From: the human T2T-CHM13v2.0 reference genome, Homo sapiens
Reading direction: 5' to 3' (one strand)
DNA: 64,000 nucleotides
Assembly: GCF_009914755.1 (NCBI RefSeq)
Contig: NC_060938.1
Numbering within the stretch: the stretch's first letter is position 1; each line of letters begins with the position of its first letter. Below, piece by piece: positions 41,360 to 56,852 of this stretch. A program made the position numbers and the translations under genes. The notes under the pieces are model-generated. The model was given only the letters and a program-made list of their open reading frames with translations. It was not told where the DNA came from and made no database searches.

Positions 41360-42334
41360 GTATTTTTTCCCCCTAGTATTGTTTAGGCGAATAAATTTTA
41401 TTACTAGTTTCATAAATAAAACATTCATGTTGCTTGTTCTACTTAATATATTAAGTGCTATGTGGAAAGCAGCATGATATGACTATTTTTCAACAATACT
41501 GTCTTTGCTTTATAGATTGTATAATTTTGTTTGCTAATAGATATGAATAAAGGAAGGCTTAAAGGATAGAAAATAGCACTAATGAGTAATGATGTTCCCT
41601 AGAACAGCAGTCCTCACTGACTTTCTTCGTAAGCCATTAGCTCAGTAGGTTAACAAGTGGTCTAGTGAATTCCAGGCAGCCTTAGGGTCTCCATTCACGC
41701 TATAGATGCCCCAGCGTCTGCCCATCCTAGGCACCCATGCCGTGCCTGGGGTGACTGCAGGGAGCTGGCAGGGACTCGGCACAGCCCTCCTGTTACTCAG
41801 AAGCAGCAATTTGGTCACACCAGGGGGAGCCAGGACCATCCTCTCTCACATGGTGACTGTTTCATCTTATCATTTTAAAAAATCATTATACAAGAGATTG
41901 TAGTTTCTGGATTCAGGGGGCTCGTGAACCTCTACAATTGCATGTAACTTTTACATAGGTTCATAGAGGTATTTTTCCAAAGACACAGTCTATAGTTTCA
42001 AAAAAATTTCTCAGAGAGTTCTCTCTCTCTGCTCCAAATTATAAGAATAGTTATTATTTTAAGCCTATAAAAACAGAAGGGTCTAAATTTATCTAAACTT
42101 TAAAATGACATCAGTAATATATGTTTCTTATAGACAAGGTAGGAAATACAGCTAACTGAAAGAAGAAAATTAAAGTGATTTATAATATTATCCATAATCA
42201 CTGTCAACCTTTTGGTGACTTTTTCCTGAGAACTCTTTCTGTAAAATGTATATGCCTGTATATTCATAATTCTGAATCTAGTCACTTTTTAAAAATAATA
42301 TAATGGAAGCTTTGTAATTTTTAGAACCTTTTAA

Positions 42335-43930
<1,596 letters not shown>

Positions 43931-44768
43931 TGGCCCGTAGTTTTTTTAAGTATTAAAATGATACTAGAACAGACGTAGTCAGTTGGTGATCTTTATTAAA
44001 CATCGTAGTCCCATACACAGCAGTTTATTGCCTACTAATATTTTTGTATTACCCACTTGTTGAAGAAATTATCACTACCATTATAGTTTTGCAGTGTCTT
44101 TAGCTCAGTCTTTTAAAATATGAAGCAGAAAGTCATATTTTCAGCTTTATCAGTGAATGCTAATGCACTAACAAGATGGAATTATGAGCAATTATAAAAA
44201 CTTCTTGTTCTTAAAATGGTTACCAGTAAGTTATATTCTTTAACTTGACAAGATTTTACTGTGTTTCATTTCTGAAAGTTTTGGTTTTACAGAAATTAAT
44301 AGCCGTCATGCATTTTAAAATGATAAGGTATATTATTTTAGAGTAAGTTATATAAGTTGCCGTAAAAATTGTGTTATCCAAAAATGTGTATAAAAAGCTG
44401 TAATTTCATGTAGCTAAATACAGATGTGTGTGTGGCCACAAAACTCATTAGCAGAGAATACAGATTTTTTTCTTTCTATATTACTAGAGGAAGCTGAGAA
44501 TTCTTATTTTCATTGGCTTGAAACGATAGAGTAAGGAAGTATTTGTACAAGAAGGAGTGGAACACAGTTTCATTGTGTTTAGTCAAAACTCAGTAGCCCA
44601 AATTCTGTCTGTGAACTGCCTGTTAGAATTTATAGATCTCATTTGGTTCTGATAGGGCATGGTATTTGTCTTAGATTGTTTTGGTGCCATGTTAAGGAAA
44701 TAAATATGTTTATTACTGATCATTTGACTTTTTTTAAGTTTCATTCATCACCTGTGTATATCATGCAG

Positions 44769-44963
44769 GTTCCCCCTACTGAGACAGTTCCTCAGGTCAA
44801 AAAAGAAAAACATAGCACACAAGCTAAAAATAGAGCAAAAAGGAAACCTCCAAAAGGAATGTTTCTTTCTCAAGAAGATGTGGAGGCTGTTTCTGCCAAT
44901 GCCACTGCTGCTACCACGGTGCTGAGACAACTAGACATGGAATTGGTTTCAGTCAAACGACAG
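44769..44963 (+). CDS. RCOR1: RCOR1 exon 8, linker (LSD1-binding region), 195 nt
   Basis: CAG|...|GTACTC; [65 protein letters not shown]. Confidence 0.97.
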
Positions 44964-45402
44964 GTACTCATAAGCCTGGTCTTGGATGTAAAAGAATTAA
45001 TTAGCACTTTAGAGGTGTTTCTGTTATTCATATATGTGAATGTTCTCTTTCCGCAAATCTCAAAGGAGCATTTTGTTTCGAAGGAATTGGACAGATCTTA
45101 AGTACCAGCCCATTGTTTTTCTTTTTAATGAACATATAAATTGAAGTGTATGGATATAGTGTGATCTGAAAGTATTTCTGAAGTATATAGCAAAGCATAT
45201 GAATATCATATTTATATTATATATGTGTCTGTGTCTCCATGATTTCTCACAATATGAACATACCCTAGTAACCTGCATCTGGATCAAAAAATGGAATGTT
45301 GCCCCCAGGCCCATGCATTTTCCCTCCTGGTCACTATTCCATGGAATGTTGCATTCCCTCAGCAACTCCACCCCTCTTTTATTACCTGACTCCTCCTTGT
45401 AG

Positions 45403-46030
<628 letters not shown>

Positions 46031-46195
46031 CTGTTCTGATTTTTAAAACCATAAGTTGTTTTTGTCCATTTTTGAATTTTATATAAATGAAAGTCATGTG
46101 GTACTGTTTATTTTATGTCTGGCTTTCTTTCAACCTGAGAGCTAAACAGTTTTTCAAAGTGGTCCTGTCATTTTATGTGCGTTTTGTTTGCACAT

Positions 46196-46388
46196 CAGCG
46201 TTTCCCAGCTGTAGCACTATCCTCATGATGGGCCGTTCTGTGCACTGTAAGATGTTGAGCAGCATCCCTGGTCTTGACCCAGTAGATGCTAGTAGCACCC
46301 TCCCCTACCAGTTGTGACAACAGAAATATCCCTAGGCATCACCAGATTACCTCACAGGGGCAAAATTGTCCCCATTTGAGAACCACTG
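46196..46388 (-). mobile_element. MER20 (hAT) relic
   Basis: AGCATCCCTGG...TAGATGCTAGTAGCACC...GTTGTGACAA...GGGGCAAAATTG...TTGAGAACCACTG is the reverse of the MER20 consensus. Confidence 0.85.
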
Positions 46389-49139
46389 CTCTACATCATT
46401 GCCATATTTTGGTAGTCTTAAATTTTAGCCCTTCTGATGGGTTATAATGATGCCTCATTGTACTTTTTATTTGGCAGTTCCCTGATGACTAATGAGGTTG
46501 CTCACCTTTTCATCCATTTGTTGGTCATTTGGATATCCTCTTTTGTGACATGTCTACTCAAGTCTCATCTGTTTTTTTTCTGTCAGGTTGCGTATTTTCT
46601 TATTGGTTTATAGGTGTTCTTTAGGCTCTGAGTTGTTTTCTACAACTTGTATTTTAAATGCTGTAAATATGTTTTGCATTCTGTGACTCTCAATGGTATC
46701 TTTTGATGAACAGTAATTCTTCATTTTAAGGTAGTTTAGTTTCTTAGTCTTCTGAGGTTAGTGTTTTTGAGTTCTGTTCACCTTTCTCAAGGTCATGACG
46801 ATATTCTCTCATGTTAGTCTTAGAAGTGTTGTTTTACCTTTTACATTTTGATCTAGAAATGTTTTTCTGTATTTGTTGTTACATGTCGGATTAATAGTCA
46901 CTGTTTTGTTTTCATATGAGTATCAATTTGGTCAAGTATTTATTGAAGAAACTGTCCTTTATCCTTTGCAACGCAGCAGGACCTTTGTTTTACATCCAGT
47001 GTCTGTATGCATATGGGTCTGGTTTGAGGTTCTCTGTTCCTTTAATCTCTTTGTCCATCCTTCACCAATACATACTGTCCTAACTTTATGTACTTTATTA
47101 ATTTAGTTATCTGGTGTAATATAAGTTCTCCAAGATTGTCTTGGTTATCCCTGGCCTTTTACTTTCCATATAAAATTTAGAATTACTTTATCAATTTTCA
47201 GAAAAATAATTCTATTAGAGTTTTGATTGGGATTGTATTGCATCTATAGATAAAAATGGAGAATTAACATCTTTATTGAGTTTTCTGATCAGTGAACCTG
47301 ATATACCCCTCTACTTCTATAGGTTTGTAATTTCTCTCAATGTTGTATTGTTTTCTGTGTAAGAACTTAACGCATCTTTTGTTAGTCATTCCATGATATT
47401 TGGTACTTTTTTGGTGCTCTTGTAAAGGATATTGTTTTTTAAATTACTTTTTATAATTATTTTTGCCTGCTATGTAGCTTATTATTTTAATCTGATTGCA
47501 TAGTACATTTAAACTGAAAATTCAACCTAGTAGTTGGGTCCTGTCCTTTCATTCTCTCTCTGGAATTCAGTTTCCAGAAATCCATCAGCAAGTTGTTGAC
47601 TGACTATTTTTGGTTTTTGCTGCTTTTGATTTATCTTGATGGTTCCCTTGGAAGGTCAAACAGTAGACCAACTGTCATCTCATAGACGCGAAGAGCAGGG
47701 CGTGCTGCTGTCTTTCTTGTGGTTTAGGGAGGCAGCCCAGACCAGGACCCAAGCACACTCTGTGTGCTCAGAGGAGCGGCTTCTTCTTGTGGCTGCTGGC
47801 ACAGCTGCACTCTAATCTTAGGAGAATCACTTAATCTTTCTAGGCCTCTTTTCAAATGAGATTAATCCTGGCCTGCCTGATCTCACAGAATATGTCTGGG
47901 CTACTGTGTGAGAGAGCATTTGAAGTTCTGTTTGCACTGGAAGAACTGTCTCGGGCTGTGAGCTCTTGTTGACATTGTCATCTTCCTTTACAAGGATGCT
48001 CCTTTCTCCCTCTGCTGAGTGAGCTCCTGGTGGTTGCTGTTTAATATATTGAGAAAAGAAAAAGAGGCCTTCCTCTTGCACCGAGGTGTTATTGACTCCA
48101 TAGGGTGAGAGAGAAAAGATTCTTTAGTTTTCAGAGCAGGGTCAAGAGCAAGAATTTTTAAAATTTGAAGGTCGCTCACAATTATGAAGAGGGAGGACTC
48201 AGCCTCACTCAGAGAGGAGGTGGGTGATTTCCTTTCCACAGCCTTTTAGCGCCACAGTGCAGCAGTGTGTTCATTGCCAAATGTGCTTCTAGACTCAAAA
48301 TGGGCAGTCAGTCCACTTGGGCCACTTGTTCTGGAGGCCGCCATGTTTGGTATATCAAGGATATATTCTGAAAATAACAGCAAACTCGACTAACAACAGC
48401 TTAAACAATTTAGGGTTTATTTTTCTCAAATGGCAAGAAGTGCCAACATCAGTGGCTACTGGTGTTAGTTCATGTGTTCAGTCATGCTCTCAGGGACCCA
48501 GGTACTTTTCAGGTCTTCTACTGTGCCATTCTCAGCTGTTGGCTTTTCATCTTGCTTGTTGCCTCATGTTGGAAGCTACTGGAGCCATTTTGCAACCCTC
48601 ACATCTGCATTCAGGGCAGTATGAAGAGGAGGTGGGGGTGGAGGTAACCTGTCTGTCCCTTTTAGCAGGACAAGCAAAAGCCTTACCGGAAGCTCCTTAG
48701 CTGAATTCTGTGTGCCCGTGCGTTGCGTACTGCTCTTCCTCCTTCCCAAGACATCATCAACCTCTACCAGCGAGAAGGGGGCTGGGCATGTCTCTTAAAT
48801 TAGCCAGTGAACAGTGCTGGTTGCATCAGGTCTTTCTCTGAGTGGAGAATAAAGTGATCTGATGTTAAAAGAGGAATCACTGTGCCCACAGTAAAGTAGA
48901 AAACAGAAAGTTCTGTATGACTGAGGGTTGGGTGGGAGGGTGGTGTCTAGGTAGGGCGTCAGGACAAGTGGATGGCTTTTCTTTTTCATCTTGTTTTTTC
49001 TTTAAGTGTGATTACCTTTGCATCCTATTTCTTACCTATTTCATTGCCACTCACTTTCCAGTTAGCATGATGGTGGCAGTAATCTCTGTTTTTTTCCTGC
49101 TTAATAAACACTAGATGTTTGGCGGGGGGAAGGGGGCGT

Positions 49140-49966
<827 letters not shown>

Positions 49967-51352
49967 CAGCCTAGATATTTCTGATACGGAAAATGCATCA
50001 GGAAGAGGGGTATAGGCTACTGAGCATTTAGAGCTAGCTTTTAGTTCAGAATTTTAGATGTTTTGCATTTACTCTCTCTGCTTCTTTTATAACGTTACTT
50101 AATCACAGTGCAATATATACCCAGTTTTGTACTATCTATGAACAACCAGCTAGAGTGACAAGAGTGGTCTGTTTCACTGGAATGCGAAGAGGACATGTAA
50201 TATTCTAAACCTTGACTTTTTCCTGCCAAAAGTTGCTATGTTGCATTTTTAGCCAAAAAGGAATCCAGTGAACATAATCTGAGTACTTTGCAATTTTCCT
50301 GGGTTTTCGGTAACTGAAAGACCACTGAGCAAGATCCTAAGAGATTGTAATGTCTAGCATGGCAGCCAGCAGCCCCATGTGTGGTTGTTTAAATTTAGAT
50401 TAATTACAAGTGAAAAAAATTTAAAAATTTTCGGGTAGCATCTTCTACTCATGAATGTCTTTTACATTTTACTTGAGAAAATCAAGCTCCTCTTCCGTTG
50501 GCTTTCTTAGTTGCTTGTGTGATTATTCAAAGATGAAAAATGCTGGAGTTCAGAGTTCCCTGGTGCTTGACACGGATATGCCCTCTACTTGGAGTAGAGA
50601 GAAAATAGCATACTTCCGTGACCTGTCTCATTCAAGGGTCCATGGGAAAATTAAGGAGCAGCCATAGCCTGGGAGGTTGGTATTGTTTGTGGTCTTTCTT
50701 TCGACTGGGTAAGGACAGTGAAAGATTACCTTGAGCCAAGGCAGTAATGTGGAAAAAGATAATTTGTAGGAAAGTGAAGACGTGACAGTTAATCAAAGTT
50801 AGACTTCTGGAAATCTCACTGACATTGTGTTTTCCTCGCCCCCCCATCATTAAAGAAATCTATGCTTGTGCACTTCTGCCCTGTGTAGAAGCGGTGGACA
50901 GCACAGTGATCTTGGGGCGCTGTGAGGCTGCACCCGCAGTTCTGTTGTAAAGACTGGGCCTTTTTGGTCCTTACTGTGGCTGCTCTGTTACTTCAGTTCA
51001 ATCCTATGTGGTAGTAAGCCCAGGGATTTCTTCTGTCTTTTATGTAAGACTCCAGGTAGGTGTTTTGCTGCTCAGGTATCACCTGTTAGGAAGCTGTGGA
51101 TCCAGGACTGTGTACGTGAGAGCCCTCCGTCCCCTCCTCCTTGGGTTGTACCTTATCTGTTGCTCTGAACAAGCAAATAATAAACCTAGTTAGATGCTTC
51201 AAAGGATACCATAGGGATCTCAGAATTCAGCTACAACAGATGTTAGTAACGTCTTTACTCTTGGGTTTTTGTTTCTTTAGGTTTTTAAGTTCTGTTTTCA
51301 TACCTTTATATAGTTTTTATTTTTAAAATGAAAATTATTTTTTCCTTCCTAG

Positions 51353-51430
51353 ATCCAGAATATTAAACAGACAAACAGTGCTCTCAAAGAAAAACTTGAT
51401 GGTGGAATAGAACCATATCGACTTCCAGAG
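51353..51430 (+). CDS. RCOR1: RCOR1 exon 9, coiled-coil linker, 78 nt
   Basis: TAG|...|GTAGGA; IQNIKQTNSALKEKLDGGIEPYRLPE. Confidence 0.97.
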
Positions 51431-51665
51431 GTAGGATTATGTTAACATCATCTTAGAAGTCATATTCAAGTTTTACATGTTTAAGAATTTAATATCGGTG
51501 TGATACATCCCCAGTATACATCTCTTGGAAGAGTATATGGACATAATTTTATGAACCCAGTTGATGTTAAAATTCCGATAAGAGAAAATGAAAGGTTCGT
51601 TAAGCTCATAAGGACATACTCATCTCTAAATGTAATGTGCTAAAATGACTCATTTGGATATCCAG

Positions 51666-51723
51666 GTCATTCAGAAATGTAATGCACGTTGGACTACAGA
51701 AGAGCAGCTTCTCGCCGTACAAG
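51666..51723 (+). CDS. RCOR1: RCOR1 exon 10, SANT2 start, 58 nt
   Basis: CAG|...|GTAGGG; VIQKCNARWTTEEQLLAVQ(A). Confidence 0.96.
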
Positions 51724-51753
51724 GTAGGGGGAAGTTCTTCTAAAGAGTTTAGG

Positions 51754-51909
51754 AGGCCGGCTGTGGTGGCTCACACCTGTAATCCCAACATTTTGGAAGG
51801 TTGACGCATTTGCTTGAGCCCAGGAGCTCAAGGCTGCATTGATCCATGATCACACCACTGCATTCCAGCCTGGACAACAGAGGGAGACCCTGACTTTAAA
51901 AAAAAAAAA
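51754..51909 (+). mobile_element. FRAM/Alu monomer, 30 bp downstream of exon 10
   Basis: GGCCGGCTGTGGTGGCTCACACC...A tail. Confidence 0.85.
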
Positions 51910-52532
51910 TTTTTTTTTTAATGGAAAAAAAAGAGCTTAGGAGCATTGGTAGATTTTAGGGAAAAGTTACGTCCTGCCCTACTCCCAGCACCTAGATTCT
52001 TGGACAATTATGTCCTAGTGGATATCATTTTAGCCAAATTACTGTATTCCTTTGGGCTTTTTTCTTTTCCTTTCCCACTTCTCACAAGTTGTAAAAACTT
52101 AACCGGGAACCCTGAGTCTTCTAAAGGTGTATTTCATTTTACTAGTTACTCATCGAGCTCTGACTAGCCAGGAAGTACAAAACCCCAAAAGAAGCAGACA
52201 GAGTGTTCAGCTTTAAAGGTTGGGGGTGCTCTGGACCTGCGATACCAAAAGATGAATGCAGAATGTCCCCAACCCTAGGGCAATTGCTGGGTGACTTCAG
52301 CTGTTATGTGACATGTAATGGGAAGACAGATATCAAAATGACAGGGTCGGTCATCTCCAGAATGTGTCTAGAATTGGCTGGTACTTTTTCCTACTCTAAT
52401 AATACACGAAATTATTGCCTGCTGTTAAAAGCCTGTATGTTTTCTTATCTGGATAAAGAGGTAAGTGTCACTTGTGGTTTTAAAAAAATGTTTTTCTCTT
52501 GTATTTTAAAAAATGCTTTCTTACATCCTTAG

Positions 52533-52762
52533 CCATCAGGAAATATGGCCGAGATTTTCAGGCAATCTCAGACGTGATTGGGAACAAATCAGTGGTACAA
52601 GTGAAAAACTTTTTTGTAAATTATCGACGCCGCTTCAACATAGATGAAGTTTTACAAGAATGGGAGGCAGAACATGGTAAAGAAGAGACCAATGGGCCCA
52701 GTAACCAGAAGCCTGTGAAGTCCCCAGATAATTCCATTAAGATGCCCGAAGAGGAAGACGAG
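52533..52762 (+). CDS. RCOR1: RCOR1 exon 11, SANT2, 230 nt
   Basis: TAG|...|GTAAAT; (A)[76 protein letters not shown]. Confidence 0.97.
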
Positions 52763-54587
52763 GTAAATCTGAAACAAAACAGTCACTTCTCTTGTCAGGT
52801 TCACGCTTGATACTCCAGTTTCTAAAGTGATGAATTTTTTCAGCTATAGAGATTTTTAGGTATCAGCTGTATTAGTAACTTCACTCTTACCTGTAAATAG
52901 CCGGAATGTGTATGCATTGACTCCAGTTCTTGGTGCCTGTATATTATTCACATGTTAATTTCTGGGCAAATCCTGAATTACATCCTGATTTCCTCCAGCT
53001 ACAAAATACTCTGCATTATCAGTTTTTCCTTAAATACAGTAAAATCTTGAGTGACAAAGACAGGGGAGTGGGGGCATAAACAAAAAGTAAAAATGCAGTG
53101 AAAGCTGTCCTGTCTGTGAGGGATGTCGATGAAGCTCCGTCATCTGCAATGTGCAGTCACATCATCATGACGCAGCACAGCGAGCCAGCCAGGAGCTCCT
53201 GAGGCCTCTCCCTGCTGTCCAGATCTTTCAGCCTTTGATGCTCTTTGGGGCTGATTGGCTTAAGTATTGATGGGGACAGTTCTGTGGCTGGCTGGAACTT
53301 CTGTGATGGTGGCTAATTTCTGGAATGATAACCCTGGTCTCATCTGTCACCTCCCTGCTTCCTGTGTCAGGGGCACCTGCCATTTCCCCATCTAGCCTGG
53401 CCTGCCTTGCTGTTACATTTGTCCCTCTATTCCCAGAGCAGATGAGCCTGGGGCTGGGCATAAGAAAGAGTTACTTGCCAATCACTTTGCATCTGAATTT
53501 GTTCACAGGCATGGTAATTTAAGAATTAATTTAGCTTTGTAAGGAAAGTCACTTTCACATCAAAGCCTTTTCAAACCATACTGGAATGTTTTGAGATTAC
53601 CTATTTTGTATTGCGTGTGCTACCATTTTGCTCCAAGGGCCTGGCTCTGGAAACAGCCCAGAAGGCCCCTCCTGACCTGAGCATGGAAGTACCTCGTGAG
53701 GTATTGGCATCCCCTGGGAGCGTGGTGCCGCCACTCCATGCAGGGCCTCTTTGCTGACTGGAGAAAGGACCTCAAGGCACAGCCATCTGTAAGAACACCA
53801 TTGAAACATATTAAATTTGTTAGAATTAGATTCTTTAGAGCCTTTTGCCAGAAAATCTTTATAATAAGTGTACCACGTCTATAATATTGCCAAGGTCAGT
53901 ACCCCTGAATCACCCCCATGCATAGCTCTGCCTGAAAAGAGCATGTGAATTAAATGATGGTGTTTTTATCTTTCAGCAGTGATTTTTTTCTTTATTATTA
54001 TTTCTTTTTATTTTCAGTGATTTTTGTACCAGCACTAATTGCCCCTGTTAGCACTCAGTTTCGGAAGCATTGAAAAGCTGGAGACTGCTGGGGAAGAACC
54101 ATTAGAATTTGCAGGAATGAAAGCTTGCTTCTTGTGTGTGTGTTTTCCGGCTTCGGTCCCAGGATGACTGGAAGCAGAAACAGTTGGGAACGCTGGCTCT
54201 ATTCCCTCTTCGCATTTGATCAAAGCCAGTGTTGGCTGGGCTGGCATAACAAATCTCATAGTAAATTTAGGACCAAGAGTCCCTACCAACAGGATGTCAG
54301 TTGTTGTGCATATGTTTTTTTCTTCATTCTCTTATTCTTGGATCATTGGTTGACTGACTTAAGTGAGTCAGGTATTTTTTTTTTAACCTTGTTATTAGCC
54401 CAGAAGGTTCTTCCGTAATGATCCACTTACCGTGTGGATTGCATTATCAAAGTACCGTCTTTCTTTTCACAGTCTAGTTATGGCTCCTCCAAGCAGCAGA
54501 TCATAGTTTTTCCTTGGTGATTGATCTTCCATGTCTCTATTTACCCAGCCTTCTCTGCAAAACAAAATGAAGAATGGTATTATCTAA

Positions 54588-54978
<391 letters not shown>

Positions 54979-55914
54979 TATTTCTTGAGTTTCTTTCTTT
55001 TTCTGCTTCTTGTAGTGCCACCCCTGCCCTGCCACCTAGTTTTATGTTCTCCATATGTTAGTTTGCAGAAGGAAATTAATCTAGTGACCAGCTGCTTCTC
55101 TGTGTCCAAGGGCCTAAGGGAACTTGTTAGAATGCTGGCTTACTTGTCTGTCTGGTGAGTCCACAGAACTTGGGGTGTGTGTAATTTCACCTTTTTATTT
55201 GTCCTGTAGAGTCCAACAGCTGAGAAAGATGTCTGCTGGTGTCTTGCCTGTCCCTTCTGCCCTCAGGTTTTATGTATTATGCAGAAGCCACAGGGAGAAC
55301 ATGAGAATTCCTAGAAGTTCTAGTAACAGAATGGTCTGTCAGTTATAGATTATTTCCTTCAGGGCTTAGAGGCAGGTAGGTAGCCCAAGGCATTTTGAGC
55401 TTTTGAAATTCATAGTTATTTGACGTGGACAAGGGTGGGTTGGGAACAGTGTCATATCCAACCTTACACTGAAGAAAGGATGCCATGGATTGGACAGAAA
55501 GATGTCACTTAAAATTATGAAATGATTAAGTCTGTTACCAGTGAGGAGAAATCTCCTCCTGTATCTAAGAACAGTTCTTGTACATGGTATGGTTTTTAGC
55601 TGAAGGAACAATCACTTTGCGATTTTGGATGCATGGCCCAGTTGTTTCTCCAGCAATGAGATGCCATGAGCATGGCAGAGAGCAGTAAGACGCTATGCAG
55701 CCTTTAGGTTTGGGTCTGGGAGTCCTTTTTAAAAAATGGGAGAGGGGAGTTAGGAAATGCCTCATAGCTTTTAAAGAAGATCCTGGGATCGTATGGGCTC
55801 CTGTATCCCAGCTAGAACCAGTGACTGGGTGCTGAACGGGCTGGGTGCCACAGCATGCCCTCAAGCCAGTGAGAGGAGTTAGGGCTGCCACTGTGCTTAT
55901 ATGCCCTTTTCAGG

Positions 55915-56216
55915 TTTTTTTGTTCATTTGTGTTTTTGAGACGGAGTCTTGTTCTGTTGCCCAGAGCAAGTGGAGTGCAGTGGTACGATCTTAGCTCACT
56001 GCAGCCTCCATCTCCCGAGCTCTTGATTCTCGTGCCTCAGCCTCCCAAGTAGCTGGGACTACAGGTGTGCGCCACCACGCACGGCCAATATTTCTTTTCA
56101 GTAGATAGGTTTTGCCTTTTTGGCCAGGCTGGTCTCGAATTCCTGACATCAAGTGATCCACCTGCCTCAGCCTCCCAAAGTGCTGGGATTACAGGCGTGA
56201 GCCACTGTGCCGGGCC
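55915..56216 (-). mobile_element. Alu
   Basis: Alu consensus. Confidence 0.92.
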
Positions 56217-56392
56217 GTTTTCAGGCACTTAAATTTAATCCTGGTGAAGTAGGTATTATCACTATGTGTCTTCTGCACATGAAGAAACTGAAACTCAAAA
56301 ACACTGATAACTTCTTTGCACATATTGGGGTTTGAGGCCAAGACGTCTGGCTGGAGAGGCCACACGCTTGCCCTGCCCTTAAGAACATGGTG

Positions 56393-56690
56393 GGCTGGGC
56401 GTGGGGGCCCACACATGTAATCCCAGCACTTTGGGAGGCCGAGGCAGGCAGATCACGAGGTCAGGAGTTCGAGACCAGCCCGGCCAACATGGTGAAACCC
56501 CGTCTCTACTGAAGGTACAAAAATTAGCTGGGCGTGGAGGCAGGTGCCTGTAGTTGCGGCTACTTGAGAGGCTGAGGCAGAGGAATCGCTTGACCCAGGA
56601 GGCGGAGGTTGCAGCGAGCCGAGATAGCGCCACTGCACTCCAGCCTGGGAGACAGAGTGAGACCTGTCTCCCCTCCAAAAAAAAAAAAAA
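56393..56690 (+). mobile_element. Alu
   Basis: Alu consensus + poly(A). Confidence 0.92.
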
Positions 56691-56813
56691 GAACTCGGTG
56701 TTTGCTCTGCAGGTTTGCTGGCTACCTTCTCTTTTCAGTACACTGGAAATAGCAGCTTGTGTTGTTTACCTACTCTTTGATCCTTTTTTTTTTTTTTTTC
56801 CTCTTGGCCTCAG

Positions 56814-56852
56814 GCTCCTGTTCTGGATGTCAGATATGCATCTGCCTCCTGA
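56814..56852 (+). CDS. RCOR1: RCOR1 last exon, coding part to stop
   Basis: Long T tract + CAG|; APVLDVRYASAS-TGA. Confidence 0.96.
   Translation, partial: APVLDVRYASAS

Noticed and set aside
52763-52810. Read-through of exon 11 into the intron giving an alternative C-terminus [15 protein letters not shown]
   Set aside because: No convincing nearby poly(A) signal; short read-through frames are expected by chance
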